Both the position numbers and the translations under genes were made by a program. Source: Flavobacteriales bacterium (lineage in GTDB: Bacteria > Bacteroidota > Bacteroidia > Flavobacteriales_F > PHOS-HE28). Taken from it: DNA of 64,000 nucleotides. This document shows positions 10,247-19,807 of this stretch, in pieces (the first letter of the stretch is position 1; the number at the start of each line of letters is the position of its first letter). The DNA lies in contig CP129489.1 in assembly GCA_030584065.1 (NCBI GenBank), positions 580,640-644,639 of the forward strand, in the 5' to 3' direction. Below the pieces are notes generated by a model. It was given only the letters and a program-made list of their open reading frames with translations. It was not told the DNA's origin and did no database searches.

Positions 10247-11596
10247 TCAGTCTGCTGGTGCCAGTCGGGGGTGGGCGGATGATTCGGCCCTCGATGCATC
10301 GAAGACGCCCTCCATGTGCCCTTCGCCATTGATGCGGATCAGATGCACCGGCACGACGCGATTGATGAGCGCGGCGTCGAAGAGTAGGTCCACGCGCAGG
10401 TAGTTGTCGGTATAGCCCAGCATGCGCCCTTCGACCTCCTCCGCCTCCAGGAGGACGGGCCGCGTGGTGCCCAAGTGGCGCTCGTAGTGCGCACGCTGGA
10501 GCTTGGCGCTCAGGATGCGCAGCTGCTTGGTCCGTTCCCGGCGTGCTTCCATGGGAACGATGTCCTCCATGCGCACGGCTGTGGTGTTGGCGCGCTCGCT
10601 GTAGGTGAAGACGTGCAGGTAGTCGACTGGGATGGAGCGGAGGAAGGCGTGCGTCCGCCGGAATTCCTCCTCGGTCTCGCCCGGTGTCCCGGTGATGACA
10701 TCCGCCCCGATGCAGGCCTGCGGCATCAATGCCATGATGCGTGCGACCCGGTCGGCGTAGAGGGCCGTATCGTAGCGCCGCCGCATGCGCTCGAGGATGG
10801 CATCGCTGCCGCTCTGGAGGGGCATGTGGAAGTGCGGCACGAAGCGACGGCTGCGCGATACGGCATCGATGATCCCATCGTGGCAGAGGTTGGGCTCGAT
10901 GCTGCTGATCCGGTAGCGGGCGATGCCATCCACCGCGTCGAGCGCGGCGATCAGGCCCAGCAGGTCCTCTCCATGCCCCCGTCCGAAATCCCCCGTATTC
11001 ACGCCGGTGAGCACGATCTCCTTCACGCCAGAGGCGGCGATCCGCTCGGCGATGGCCACTGTTTCGGCGATGGTGCCGCTCCGGCTGCGCCCGCGGGCCA
11101 GCGGTATGGTGCAGAAGGAGCAGAAGTAGTCGCAGCCGTCCTGCACCTTCAGGAAGGTCCGCGTTCGGTCACTCGCGTTGTAGGCCGGAACGAAACGCCT
11201 CGCTTCCTTGATGGCGCCGAAGATGGCCTGTCCCCGGGCCTGCTTGCCGCCCGTGGACTCGATATGGGCGGCCAGGTCGAACTTCTCGTTCGCGCCCAGC
11301 ACGAGGTCCACGCCAGGGATGTCCGCGATCTCCCCGGGCTTCAGCTGCGCATAGCAGCCCACCACGGCCACGAAGGCCTCGGGATTGATCCGCTGGAAGC
11401 GGCGCACCCATTGCCGGCACTCCTTGTCGGCGTTCTCCGTCACGCTGCAGGTATTCAGCACGAAGACGTCCGGACGCTCCTCCGGCCGCACCCGCGCATA
11501 GCCGGCTTCCTCCAGCGACCGGGCCAGCGTGCTGGTCTCGCTGAAATTGAGCTTGCAGCCCAAGGTGTGGAAGGCGACGGTGCGTGGTGCGCTCAT
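10247..11596 (-). CDS. mtaB: Radical-SAM tRNA methylthiotransferase (MiaB/MtaB family)
   Basis: UPF0004 N-terminus (VAFHTLGCKLNFSETSTLARSL), radical SAM CxxxCxxC (CDYFCSFCTIP) and C-terminal TRAM-like region. Confidence 0.8.
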   Translation of the reverse strand: MSAPRTVAFHTLGCKLNFSETSTLARSLEEAGYARVRPEERPDVFVLNTCSVTENADKECRQWVRRFQRINPEAFVAVVGCYAQLKPGEIADIPGVDLVLGANEKFDLAAHIESTGGKQARGQAIFGAIKEARRFVPAYNASDRTRTFLKVQDGCDYFCSFCTIPLARGRSRSGTIAETVAIAERIAASGVKEIVLTGVNTGDFGRGHGEDLLGLIAALDAVDGIARYRISSIEPNLCHDGIIDAVSRSRRFVPHFHMPLQSGSDAILERMRRRYDTALYADRVARIMALMPQACIGADVITGTPGETEEEFRRTHAFLRSIPVDYLHVFTYSERANTTAVRMEDIVPMEARRERTKQLRILSAKLQRAHYERHLGTTRPVLLEAEEVEGRMLGYTDNYLRVDLLFDAALINRVVPVHLIRINGEGHMEGVFDASRAESSAHPRLAPAD

Positions 11597-11939
11597 GGGC
11601 CCGGGCGCTCATGCGGACATGCGAGGCATGGCGGAGCGGCGGCGAAGGTACCGGAGCGGAGCCATGCCGCCCACGGGTGCGGTCCGGCGTCCGCGGGGCG
11701 CGCCAGCGGCATGCACGGCGCGCCGATCCGGGGCCTATCGGGCAACCAATCGGAACGGCTCCGTCATAGGGTTGCTTACCCGGAACCCATGGACCGACTC
11801 AGGAAGCTCGACCGCACCGGCCTCATCCGTGCCAGCATGCTCATCTTCTCGCTGCTGGCGCTGGTGTCCTTTGCGCTGGCCCGGGTGGCAGAGTGAGCCC
11901 GGACCGCGTCGTTTCGCAGCAGCCGCTTATTTTCGAAGC

Positions 11940-12353
11940 ATGCCGGCCGTCGAGAAGGTATGCCTGGAGTGCGGCGAGAAGATCGTCGGCCGCACCGACA
12001 AGCGGTTCTGCAGCGATGCCTGCAGGAACCTCTATCACTATCATGCGAACAACGCTCCGATCAATTATGTGCGCAACGTGGTGAATGCGCTGAAGCGCAA
12101 CCGCCGGATCCTGTCGGAGCTGAACAACGGCCCTGAGGGCAAGACCAAGGTGCATCGGGACAAGCTGATCGAGAAGGGCTACAGCTTCATGTACCACACC
12201 AACACGCACCGCACAAAGGCCGGCAATACGTACGTCTTCTGCTTCGAGCACGGCTTCCTGGAGCTCGGCGAGAACTGGTTCATGCTCGTGAGGCGCGACG
12301 AGTACCTCGAGCGTTCCGGCGACCAGCGGCGCGATGATGCCGCCGCCGGCTAG
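11940..12353 (+). CDS. Hypothetical protein with N-terminal zinc ribbon
   Basis: CLECGEKIVGRTDKRFCSDACRN (CxxC...CxxxC). Good GC3 bias. Divergent from mtaB. Confidence 0.45.
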   Translation: MPAVEKVCLECGEKIVGRTDKRFCSDACRNLYHYHANNAPINYVRNVVNALKRNRRILSELNNGPEGKTKVHRDKLIEKGYSFMYHTNTHRTKAGNTYVFCFEHGFLELGENWFMLVRRDEYLERSGDQRRDDAAAG

Positions 12354-13021
12354 GTGAGGGCTTGCGTCGCCGATCCCGTGCGGCTCACGTCGATGGCCGC
12401 CCGGTCGGTACAGGCCCAGATGCGGTCCGTGCCCCCGGGGGCGATGATGTGCAGTCCGGTGCCCGTCCCGAAGGCCGGCAGCAGCGCCTGCTCGCGCCCG
12501 AACCAGAAGCACGGCAGGCGCAACCGCTGGCGGCCGGTGCCTTGCAGCGCGATGCCCGGATGAAGGTGTCCGCTGATGCAATAGCCCGAGGAGATCCGCG
12601 CCGGTTGGTGGCGCAGTACGAAGGGGCCTTCCTCCACGCTTTCATCGCAAACCTCCACGCCCGCTTCGGCGTAGCGCCGGTCCGCGAGGATGTCATGGTT
12701 CCCGGGAACGAGATGGATCGGGACCGATCGCTGCCTCGACCATCGTGCGAACCGCTCCCAAGCCGCGTTCGCGCTGCTGTGGAAGAGGTCGCCGATCACC
12801 ACGATGCGCTTCGGCCGCAGCGCATCGATTACCGCATCAAGCCGTTGCAGCGTGCGCGCATCATCGCCCTCCGGCAGCGGCAGCCCCCCTTTGCGCAGAT
12901 GGGCCGCCATTCCGAGGTGCAGGTCGCTTAGCATCAGCCAGCCCATGCGTGGCCAATGCAGCGCCCGCAGCGGGTGCATCACCAGACGTTCGCCGGCCAC
13001 CTGTACTTCGGCGGTGAGCAT
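12350..13021 (-). CDS. pdeM: Ligase-associated DNA damage response endonuclease PdeM (calcineurin-like metallophosphoesterase)
   Basis: Metallophosphoesterase motifs LSDLHLG, GDLFH, GNHD. Overall similarity to the PdeM family that normally sits next to the lhr/ligase/exonuclease genes. Confidence 0.7.
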   Translation of the reverse strand: MLTAEVQVAGERLVMHPLRALHWPRMGWLMLSDLHLGMAAHLRKGGLPLPEGDDARTLQRLDAVIDALRPKRIVVIGDLFHSSANAAWERFARWSRQRSVPIHLVPGNHDILADRRYAEAGVEVCDESVEEGPFVLRHQPARISSGYCISGHLHPGIALQGTGRQRLRLPCFWFGREQALLPAFGTGTGLHIIAPGGTDRIWACTDRAAIDVSRTGSATQALT

Positions 13022-13219
13022 GACGCGAATCTAGATGCTCCCACCGAGCCGCAGGGCGGGGGATAGGCCGTATGCGATGGGCCGCCCTTTCGATGTGCAG
13101 TCCATCGCAGGCGGAGTTGACCTGTGCTGCTGGCCGCTGGTCGCGCCCGGTTCCGGATGCAGTTCGGTGCGTCGCGCCCGCACGGTGGAATCCGCGCCTG
13201 AAGCATCTATTTTGCACGC

Positions 13220-14206
13220 ATGCTCGGGGCCCTCCTCGGATTCACCGGATGCGCCCTGGCCATCGCCTTCAGCGGCACCCGCCTGGCCCGCCTCGGCGAC
13301 CGCCTCGCCGAGATCACCGGCCTGGGCCGCGCTTGGCTTGGCCTCGTGCTCATGGCCACCGTCACTTCCCTGCCCGAGCTCTTCGTGGGCATCAGCTCCG
13401 CAGGCATCCACGGCAACGCCGACCTGGCCGTGGGCGATGTGCTCGGCAGCTGCGTCTTCAACCTGCTCATCCTGTCGGTGCTCGATGCTTTCCACCGCGG
13501 CCCCGGCCTTCTCCGCAAGGTTGAGCCCAAGCAGGTACTTAGCGCTGCGCTGGGAATCGTGCTGTTGGCACTTGTGGGCTTCGGGCTCTTCCTGCCCGAC
13601 CAGTACGTGGTGATGGGCTGGGTGGGCGCCCTCAGCATCGTCTTCGTCGGTGTATACCTCTTGGCCATGCGGATGGTGTACCAGCACTTGGGAAAGGATC
13701 CCGCCGAGGATGGTCAACAAGCGCCTGACCGCTCCGGCCTTCGCCGCGTGGTGCAATGGTACATTGTGCATGCCGCCGTGGTCATCGCAGCCGCGCTCTT
13801 CCTGCCTGGCTTCGCAGAGACGATCACCGAGGAGACCGGGCTCAAGGCCTCCTTCGTGGGCACGCTGCTGCTGGCCACCTCTACGTCCCTGCCCGAGTTC
13901 GCCGTGAGCATCGCAGCCTTGCGCATCGGTGCAGTGGATATGGCTGTATCCAACCTGCTCGGCAGCAACCTGTTCAATATCGTCATTCTCGCCATCGATG
14001 ACCTGGTGTACAGCGGCGGCTTCCTGCTGAAGGATGCCTCGGAAGCGCACCTGCTGTCGGTGCTCAGCACCATCATCATGAGCGCCATTGTCATCGTGGG
14101 GCTCACCTTCCGCACCGCGCCCAAGCGCTTCCTGCTCGCGTGGGACACCTTCCTGATCCTCGTGGTGTATGTCGTGAACCTCATCCTGCTGTACCGCATC
14201 GCCTGA
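13220..14206 (+). CDS. Sodium/calcium exchanger (CaCA/YrbG family) membrane protein
   Basis: Two alpha-repeat motifs (GLVLMATVTSLPELFVGISSAGIHGNADLAVGDVLGSCVFNLL and a second TSLPEFAVSIAA...SNLLGSNLFNIVIL). Confidence 0.8.
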   Translation: MLGALLGFTGCALAIAFSGTRLARLGDRLAEITGLGRAWLGLVLMATVTSLPELFVGISSAGIHGNADLAVGDVLGSCVFNLLILSVLDAFHRGPGLLRKVEPKQVLSAALGIVLLALVGFGLFLPDQYVVMGWVGALSIVFVGVYLLAMRMVYQHLGKDPAEDGQQAPDRSGLRRVVQWYIVHAAVVIAAALFLPGFAETITEETGLKASFVGTLLLATSTSLPEFAVSIAALRIGAVDMAVSNLLGSNLFNIVILAIDDLVYSGGFLLKDASEAHLLSVLSTIIMSAIVIVGLTFRTAPKRFLLAWDTFLILVVYVVNLILLYRIA

Positions 14207-14209
14207 GCC

Positions 14210-16756
14210 ATGAAGTGGCACCTGCTGCATATCGGTGAACTGCGACAGGCCTTGGGCGCGGGCGAGCCGGGCTTGAGCGAGGCCCAGGCTGCTGATCGCC
14301 TGCTGGAGCATGGCCCTAACGAGCTGGAGGGCAAGCGCAAGCGCACGGTGCTCGGCCTGTTCCTCGCCCAGTTCAAGGACCTGATGATCCTGGTGCTGCT
14401 CACGGCCGCGGTCGTCGCAGGTGCGGTGGGCGACATCACCGATACCATCATCATCCTGGCCATCGTGCTGGTGAACGCGGTGATCGGTGTGGTGCAGGAG
14501 TTCCGCGCGGAGAAGGCGCTGGAGGCCCTGCGGCGCATGGCGGCCCCGCAGGTCACGGTTCGTCGCGGCGGGCAGATGCGCACAGTGCCCGCGCGTGAAT
14601 TGGTCCCCGGCGATGTGGTGCTGCTCGAGGCCGGACAAGTGGTGCCCGCCGACCTGCGCTTCACCGCGTGCCACGGCCTGCGCATGCAGGAGGCCGCGCT
14701 CACCGGTGAGTCGCTCGATACCGTGAAGCAGCCAGGCGAACTGGAAGGGGAGGACCTCCCGCTCGGCGATCGCAGCAACATGGGCTTCAAGGGCACCGTG
14801 GTGGCCAAGGGCCGCGGCGAGGGGATCGTCGTGGCCACTGGCATGCGCACCGAGATGGGCCGCATCGCCAAGCTGCTCGATCAAGGCACCACCGCGACGC
14901 CGCTGCAGAAGCGCATGGCCGCCTTCGGCAAGGTGGTGGCCGTGGCCGTGCTCGCCATCTGCGCGGTGCTCTTCACCGTGGGCTGGCTGCGTGGTGGCGA
15001 TCCCGTGACGCTGCTGCTCACCTCGATCTCGCTGGCCGTGGCCGCCATCCCCGAGGCCCTGCCCGCGCTGATGTCCGCGTCGCTGGCCCTCTCCGCCGCC
15101 CGCATGGTGAAGCAGCAGGCGCTTGTGCGCCGCCTTGCCGCGGTGGAGACGCTCGGCTCCGTCACCGTGATCTGCACGGACAAGACCGGCACGCTCACCC
15201 GCAACCGCATGCGTGTGGAGGAGCTCGTGGTGCTGGACGAGGCGCAGCGGCCGCGCCTGCTCCAGGCCATGACGCTGAGCAACGACGTGATGGCCGGGCC
15301 CTATGGTCCGGTGGGTGAGGGCACGGAGCTCGCGCTCTTCGAGCATGCCGAGGCCAGTGGTGTGCTCAAGGCTGAAGTCGAACGTCAGCTGCCGCGCGTG
15401 GCCGAAGTGCCCTTCGATGCCGTGCGCAAGTGCATGAGCACCATCCACCGCCTGCCCGATGGCCGCCACCTGCTCTTCATCAAGGGCGCGCTGGAGGCCT
15501 TGTGGGAACGGGTGCCCTCACCTGATCCCCGGTGGCGCGCCGAGGCGGATCGCCTCGCCGCCGAGGGGCTCCGTGTGATGGCCCTGGGCTGGCGCGAACT
15601 GCTGCCGGGGCCCTTGCCCGAAGACCCGCACCCGCTGGAACGAGAGATCACGTTGCTCGGTCTCGCGGGCATCCAGGACCCGCCGCGCGACGAGGTGCCG
15701 CAGGCCATCGCCGCGTGTCAGGCCGCCGGCATCCGCATCGTGATGATCACCGGCGACCACCCCGTCACCGCGCGCACCATCGCCCGGCGGATCGGCCTGC
15801 TGAGCCCGGTGGAAGCGGATGACCCGCGCAGCGTGATCACCGGCGCCGAGCTTGCACGGCTTGATGCGAAGGCCTTGCGCGAACGGGTGGACCACCTGCG
15901 TGTCATCGCGCGTGTTTCGCCGGAGCAGAAGCTCGACATCGTGGCCGCCTTGCAGGAGCACGGGCACTTCGTGGCCATGACCGGCGATGGCGTGAACGAC
16001 GCGCCGGCCCTGAAGCGCGCAGACATCGGCGTGGCCATGGGCATCACCGGCACCGACGTGTCGCGCGAGGCGGCCGACATGGTGCTGCTCGACGACAACT
16101 TCGCCACGCTGGCCCATGCCGTGCGCGAAGGGCGCCGGGTCTTCGACAACATCCGGAAGTTCATCCAGTACATCCTCACGGCCAATGCCGGTGAGATCTG
16201 GGCGATCGCGCTCGCGCCGATGATCGGACTGCCCATTCCGCTGCTGCCGGTGCACATCCTGTGGATCAACCTCGTGACAGACGGATTGCCCGGCCTCTTC
16301 CTATCGCTGGAGCCGGCCGAGCGCGATCTCATGAAGCGGAGTCCGCGTCACCCGAAGGAGAGCATCTTCTCCAACGGCCTGGGCACGCACATCCTATGGG
16401 TGGGCCTGCTGATGGGCGGGGTCACGCTTGGCGCGCAGGCCTGGGCCATCCGCACCGGACATGAACATTGGCAGACCATCGCCTTCAATGTGCTTTGCCT
16501 GAGCCAGATGGGCCATGTGTGGGCCATCCGCTCGCAACGCTCGTTCTTCCGCACCAACTTCTTCTCCAACCCCGCGCTGCTCGGGGCTGTGGCGCTCACC
16601 TTCGGCCTTCAGGCACTGGTCACCTTCGTGCCGCTGTACCAAGGCATCTTCCACACCCAGGCGCTCACATGGGAGGAGTTTTTCGTGGTCACCGCGCTCT
16701 CGTCGGTGGTCTTCATTGGGGTGGAGGTGGAGAAGCTGTTCGTCAGGCGGCACTAG
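14210..16756 (+). CDS. Calcium-translocating P-type ATPase (PMCA/SERCA-like, P2 type)
   Basis: DKTGTLT phosphorylation motif, TGES, IPEALP (PEGL-like), TGDGVNDAPALKRADIGVAMG, about 10 TM segments. Adjacent to the CaCA exchanger. Confidence 0.9.
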   Translation: MKWHLLHIGELRQALGAGEPGLSEAQAADRLLEHGPNELEGKRKRTVLGLFLAQFKDLMILVLLTAAVVAGAVGDITDTIIILAIVLVNAVIGVVQEFRAEKALEALRRMAAPQVTVRRGGQMRTVPARELVPGDVVLLEAGQVVPADLRFTACHGLRMQEAALTGESLDTVKQPGELEGEDLPLGDRSNMGFKGTVVAKGRGEGIVVATGMRTEMGRIAKLLDQGTTATPLQKRMAAFGKVVAVAVLAICAVLFTVGWLRGGDPVTLLLTSISLAVAAIPEALPALMSASLALSAARMVKQQALVRRLAAVETLGSVTVICTDKTGTLTRNRMRVEELVVLDEAQRPRLLQAMTLSNDVMAGPYGPVGEGTELALFEHAEASGVLKAEVERQLPRVAEVPFDAVRKCMSTIHRLPDGRHLLFIKGALEALWERVPSPDPRWRAEADRLAAEGLRVMALGWRELLPGPLPEDPHPLEREITLLGLAGIQDPPRDEVPQAIAACQAAGIRIVMITGDHPVTARTIARRIGLLSPVEADDPRSVITGAELARLDAKALRERVDHLRVIARVSPEQKLDIVAALQEHGHFVAMTGDGVNDAPALKRADIGVAMGITGTDVSREAADMVLLDDNFATLAHAVREGRRVFDNIRKFIQYILTANAGEIWAIALAPMIGLPIPLLPVHILWINLVTDGLPGLFLSLEPAERDLMKRSPRHPKESIFSNGLGTHILWVGLLMGGVTLGAQAWAIRTGHEHWQTIAFNVLCLSQMGHVWAIRSQRSFFRTNFFSNPALLGAVALTFGLQALVTFVPLYQGIFHTQALTWEEFFVVTALSSVVFIGVEVEKLFVRRH

Positions 16757-16934
16757 CGCGTGACCACCACACGCCGGGCGCTCACCGGGGCGCCATCCCG
16801 ATCCACGCGCAGCACGTAGGCGCCCGTGGGCAGGTCGAAGGCCAGATCAACGCGATCGGAGGAGGAACGTTCGGCAGACACCACCCGCCCCATGGCATCC
16901 AGCAGCAACAGGTCCTCGCCGCCTTGGAGGCCTC
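16753..16934 (-). pseudogene. Remnant of a T9SS cargo gene: only the C-terminal sorting domain survives, truncated by the IS3 element
   Basis: Minus-strand reading ends ...GLQGGEDLLLLDAMGRVVSAERSSSDRVDLAFDLPTGAYVLRVDRDGAPVSARRVVVTR*, a typical Por_Secre_tail CTD. The frame runs straight into the IS left inverted repeat at 16935. No upstream part exists on the far side of the IS. Confidence 0.5.
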
Positions 16935-17047
16935 TGTAAGCTTCCCCGAAGTTCGGCCATTCATTGCTGGAGGTGAAGTGATCCTTGGCCCCGCGGGGCC
17001 AAGGATCGCTTCGGCCGGCCAGGGGCTACATTCAACCACACGTAGCC

Positions 17048-17320
17048 ATGAGAAAGAGCAAGTTCACCGAGCATCAGGTCATCGCCATCCTCAAGCGTCA
17101 CGAGGCTGGCTCGAAGGTGGCCGACCTGTGCCGCGAGCACGGGATCAGCAACGCCACGTTCTACCAATGGAAGGCCAAGTATGGCGGCATGGAGCCCAAC
17201 CAGGTCAAGCAGCTGCGTGACCTGCAGGAGGAGCTCAGCCGCCTGAAGCGCATGTACACCGAGCTGAGCATGGTGCATGATGCCTTGAAGCAGGTGGTGG
17301 AAAAGAAGTGGGGCGCCTGA
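17048..17320 (+). CDS. IS3-family transposase OrfA (HTH)
   Basis: [49 protein letters not shown], classic IS3/IS911 OrfA with leucine zipper. Confidence 0.8.
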   Translation: MRKSKFTEHQVIAILKRHEAGSKVADLCREHGISNATFYQWKAKYGGMEPNQVKQLRDLQEELSRLKRMYTELSMVHDALKQVVEKKWGA

Positions 17321-17345
17321 CGAGAAGCGCGAGATCGTTCAGGCG

Positions 17346-18119
17346 ATGATACAGGAGCACAGCATCTCCGAGCGCCAAGCCTGCGGCAGCGTGGGCTTGG
17401 CGCGCAGCACCGCGCAGTACTGCAAGACCCCAGCGGATGACACGCCCATTATCCAGGTCTTGGAACAGCTCACCCAGAAGCACCCGGCCATCGGGGTGTG
17501 GCAAAGCCATCATCGGATGCGCTTGATGGGTCACCTGTGGAACTTCAAGCGGGTGTATCGGGTCTACACCGGTCTGGGCCTCAACATTCGTCGCAGGGCC
17601 AAGAAACGGCTGCCTGCACGGGTGAAGCAGGCGCTGTTCCGTCCTGCTGGTCCGGACCAGGTCTACAGCATCGACTTCATGCATGACAGCCTCTGGGACG
17701 GCCGGACCTACCGCTTGCTAAATGTGATCGACGACTACAACAGGGAGGTGCTCGCGATCGAGGTGGACACCTCACTGCCCGCACTGCGCGTGATACGCGT
17801 GCTGGAACGCATCAAAGCAGTGCGTCCGCTGCCCAAGATGATCCGCGTGGACAACGGCCCGGAGTTCATCAGCGCCAAGCTCGACCACTGGTGCCGCGAA
17901 CACGGCATTACCTTGACCTACATCCAGCCAGGCAAGCCCACCCAGAACGCCTACATCGAACGCCTCAACGGCAGCATCCGTCGTGAACTGCTCAGCGCCT
18001 ACGTGTTCCGTACCTTGGACGAGGTGCGCGAGAAGGCCGATGAGTGGATGACCGATTACAACCATCACCGCCCACACAAGGCGCTTGGCTACCGGCCGCC
18101 AGCGCCCATCCGATCCTAA
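17346..18119 (+). CDS. IS3-family transposase OrfB (DDE integrase core)
   Basis: rve-domain motifs (VYSIDFMHD..., [19 protein letters not shown]), -1 frame relative to orfA. Probably expressed by programmed frameshift; the upstream extent of the frame was not resolved. Confidence 0.85.
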   Translation: MIQEHSISERQACGSVGLARSTAQYCKTPADDTPIIQVLEQLTQKHPAIGVWQSHHRMRLMGHLWNFKRVYRVYTGLGLNIRRRAKKRLPARVKQALFRPAGPDQVYSIDFMHDSLWDGRTYRLLNVIDDYNREVLAIEVDTSLPALRVIRVLERIKAVRPLPKMIRVDNGPEFISAKLDHWCREHGITLTYIQPGKPTQNAYIERLNGSIRRELLSAYVFRTLDEVREKADEWMTDYNHHRPHKALGYRPPAPIRS

Positions 18120-18214
18120 ACCTATGCCCCAGGAGCCTCTAGTTATGATCGGCCCGAAAACAGGGGAAGCTTACAGTAGCTTTGGCTGGTACCCCGTAGA
18201 TTTCAAAAATCTTG

Positions 18215-19597
18215 TCAGACATCAAGCAGTTGCTTTTTGGTGCTCCACGAAACCACCTTCTGAGAAACCTTTCTTCTCTCGTATCCGCTTTCGGCGGCAG
18301 CCTTGATGTCTGCTTCAATAAGACTTGAGTCACGGGGAAGTACATCCTCGACTGAATCTGGCTTAAGACCCAGTAACTCAAGTATGTGCTCACCAATTGC
18401 TTTTCCAAGGAATGGTGGGACCGCGTTTCCAACCATTCGATTGCCATGCCACTTCACAGGGTGGAAGAGGAACCAATCGGGGAATGTCTGGATCCGCGCA
18501 CATTCACGCGTGGTCAACACACGGTTTTGATACGGATGCAGCGGTCTTGGCGCGGACCAAGAGCCACGATCTTTTGTTGTGCCTGCCCGGATGGTTGTTG
18601 AAATATCACTTGGGTCGAGTCGGCGAATCCCACAAACGGGATCAGCTTGTCCGAAACCTAACTTGCTAAGGCGTGCTGTTAGGTCAGGTCCGTGTTGGGT
18701 CCGACGCAAGTTCGTGCATATCCGGTGATCCCATTGTGGTTGTATGCTTGTGAAGGAGTTCAGTTCACGAGTGCCGCGCATCCATTCTTGGAACAATGAT
18801 TCTGGTGCGCGGTCGTATGCTACTCGGTCGCCACTAATCAGCTCTTCAAAAAGGTCAACCTCAGGAATATCTGAAATCGCCTCCCATGAGGTAGGTGTCC
18901 GATGCAAGAACAGGTTTGCCCCTTCGGTTGGTCGATAGTGTGTGGGAGATGGAAGTGTCGGAGTTATTCCTAATCCCTTCTCTATGCCGAGAATGAACAC
19001 ACGCTGTCTCATCTGCGGCACTCCAAAATGCCATGCCTTCAACGTTTCAGGACCGATGACTTGATAGCGCTTTTCAAGTTGTTTCAGTGCTCGGCCAAGC
19101 ATTGGTGAGTCAGAGGTCTTCAGTCCCGGGACATTCTCCATTAGGAAGACCGGGGGCATGAAGTCCAAGACCACACGAGCAAACTCAGCGACAAGATGAT
19201 TCAGCGGATCGTCTTGCCGCCTCTTACCGGCAAGAGAGAATCCTTGGCAAGGCGGACCGCCCGCTACCAGAAGCACATCCTGCTTACGCAAGCCAAGCGA
19301 CTGAAGACGCTGAGGATTGAAGTTGTATACATCTCCAGCCGTTTCACCAAAGAGTACGTTGGTGCTTGGGAAGTTGTACTGAGCATATCGACCGGCGGTC
19401 TCTTCAATCTCAACGTCAACGCCAACTTGAATGCCAGCCATCTTTAGCCCTAAGCTGAGGCCACCAACACCACTAAAGAGGTCGATTGCGAATGGCTTGG
19501 AGTTGCTGTTACTCCGTCTTGTCTTCGACTGATTCATGTACGCTGTTCCTGAGATTCTGGGCTTTGGTCGACCGTTGGTTGACGGGAAGATTGGCAC
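18215..19597 (-). CDS. dcm: DNA (cytosine-5)-methyltransferase, low-GC, apparently orphan
   Basis: m5C-MTase motifs I FSGVGG, IV GGPPCQGFS, VI ENV (FLMENVPGL), VIII QMRQRVFILG. Region 18.2-19.8 kb is about 50% GC versus about 68% elsewhere. Alternative start MNQSK at about 19537. Confidence 0.85.
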   Translation of the reverse strand: MPIFPSTNGRPKPRISGTAYMNQSKTRRSNSNSKPFAIDLFSGVGGLSLGLKMAGIQVGVDVEIEETAGRYAQYNFPSTNVLFGETAGDVYNFNPQRLQSLGLRKQDVLLVAGGPPCQGFSLAGKRRQDDPLNHLVAEFARVVLDFMPPVFLMENVPGLKTSDSPMLGRALKQLEKRYQVIGPETLKAWHFGVPQMRQRVFILGIEKGLGITPTLPSPTHYRPTEGANLFLHRTPTSWEAISDIPEVDLFEELISGDRVAYDRAPESLFQEWMRGTRELNSFTSIQPQWDHRICTNLRRTQHGPDLTARLSKLGFGQADPVCGIRRLDPSDISTTIRAGTTKDRGSWSAPRPLHPYQNRVLTTRECARIQTFPDWFLFHPVKWHGNRMVGNAVPPFLGKAIGEHILELLGLKPDSVEDVLPRDSSLIEADIKAAAESGYERRKVSQKVVSWSTKKQLLDV

Positions 19598-19807
19598 CCC
19601 AATGAGCCCAAGGTAACCATCAGCAGCGAGTGTATTTCTTCGGGCCGGGTTCTGTTGTAATTCATTCGAGCGAGGGCCTGTGTTGGGCGTATTTTTCGCC
19701 GCTGACCCCTAACTGATCATTGCCGCATTGCGTAAATTTCTGGACTTGGGTGGAGGTGCCTATTGCGTATATCGTTCCTATTCGGGTGATAGTGCGCAAT
19801 GACAACT

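Larger units (their letters stand above)
16935..18175 (+). mobile_element. IS3-family insertion sequence (about 1241 bp) with terminal inverted repeats
   Basis: IRL TGTAAGCTTCCCC at 16935-16947 and IRR GGGGAAGCTTACA at 18163-18175 (13/13, extended imperfect match to about 24 nt). Encloses orfA and orfB in frames 0/-1. No flanking direct target duplication was found. Confidence 0.8.

Noticed and set aside
13031-15469. 812-aa minus-strand ORF, plus several 300-600 aa ORFs opposite known genes (e.g. 3038-4294-, 22617-25112+, 37043-38050-, 38816-40297-, 40355-41455-, 49659-51575-, 51743-53647-, 55148-57736-, 46590-47189-, 47259-48485-)
   Set aside because: All lie antisense to genes with strong family motifs (P-type ATPase, MBOAT, Lhr, giant adhesins, Dcp, ParE, ParC, metalloprotease). 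Low-complexity R/G/A/H-rich translations. Stop-codon-poor antisense frames are expected at about 68% GC.
17296-17346. Canonical A-AAA-AAG slippery heptamer for IS3 orfA/orfB frameshifting
   Set aside because: Only GAAAAGAAG is present near the orfA end. The -1 frame relationship is clear but the exact slippery site could not be pinned down, so no frameshift coordinate is asserted.
16935-18175. Target-site duplication for the IS3 element
   Set aside because: Looked for 3-4 bp direct repeats flanking the inverted repeats (CCTC | ... | GTAG). None found. Interpreted as IS-associated deletion or rearrangement rather than simple insertion.
19566-19586. Fourth copy of the palindromic repeat at the 5' end of the low-GC dcm
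   Set aside because: Only about 16/20 matches (GGTCGACCGTTGGTTGAC vs GGTCGACCCGGTGGGTCGAC) and lacks the conserved tail. Mentioned in the finding but too degenerate to call as a feature.
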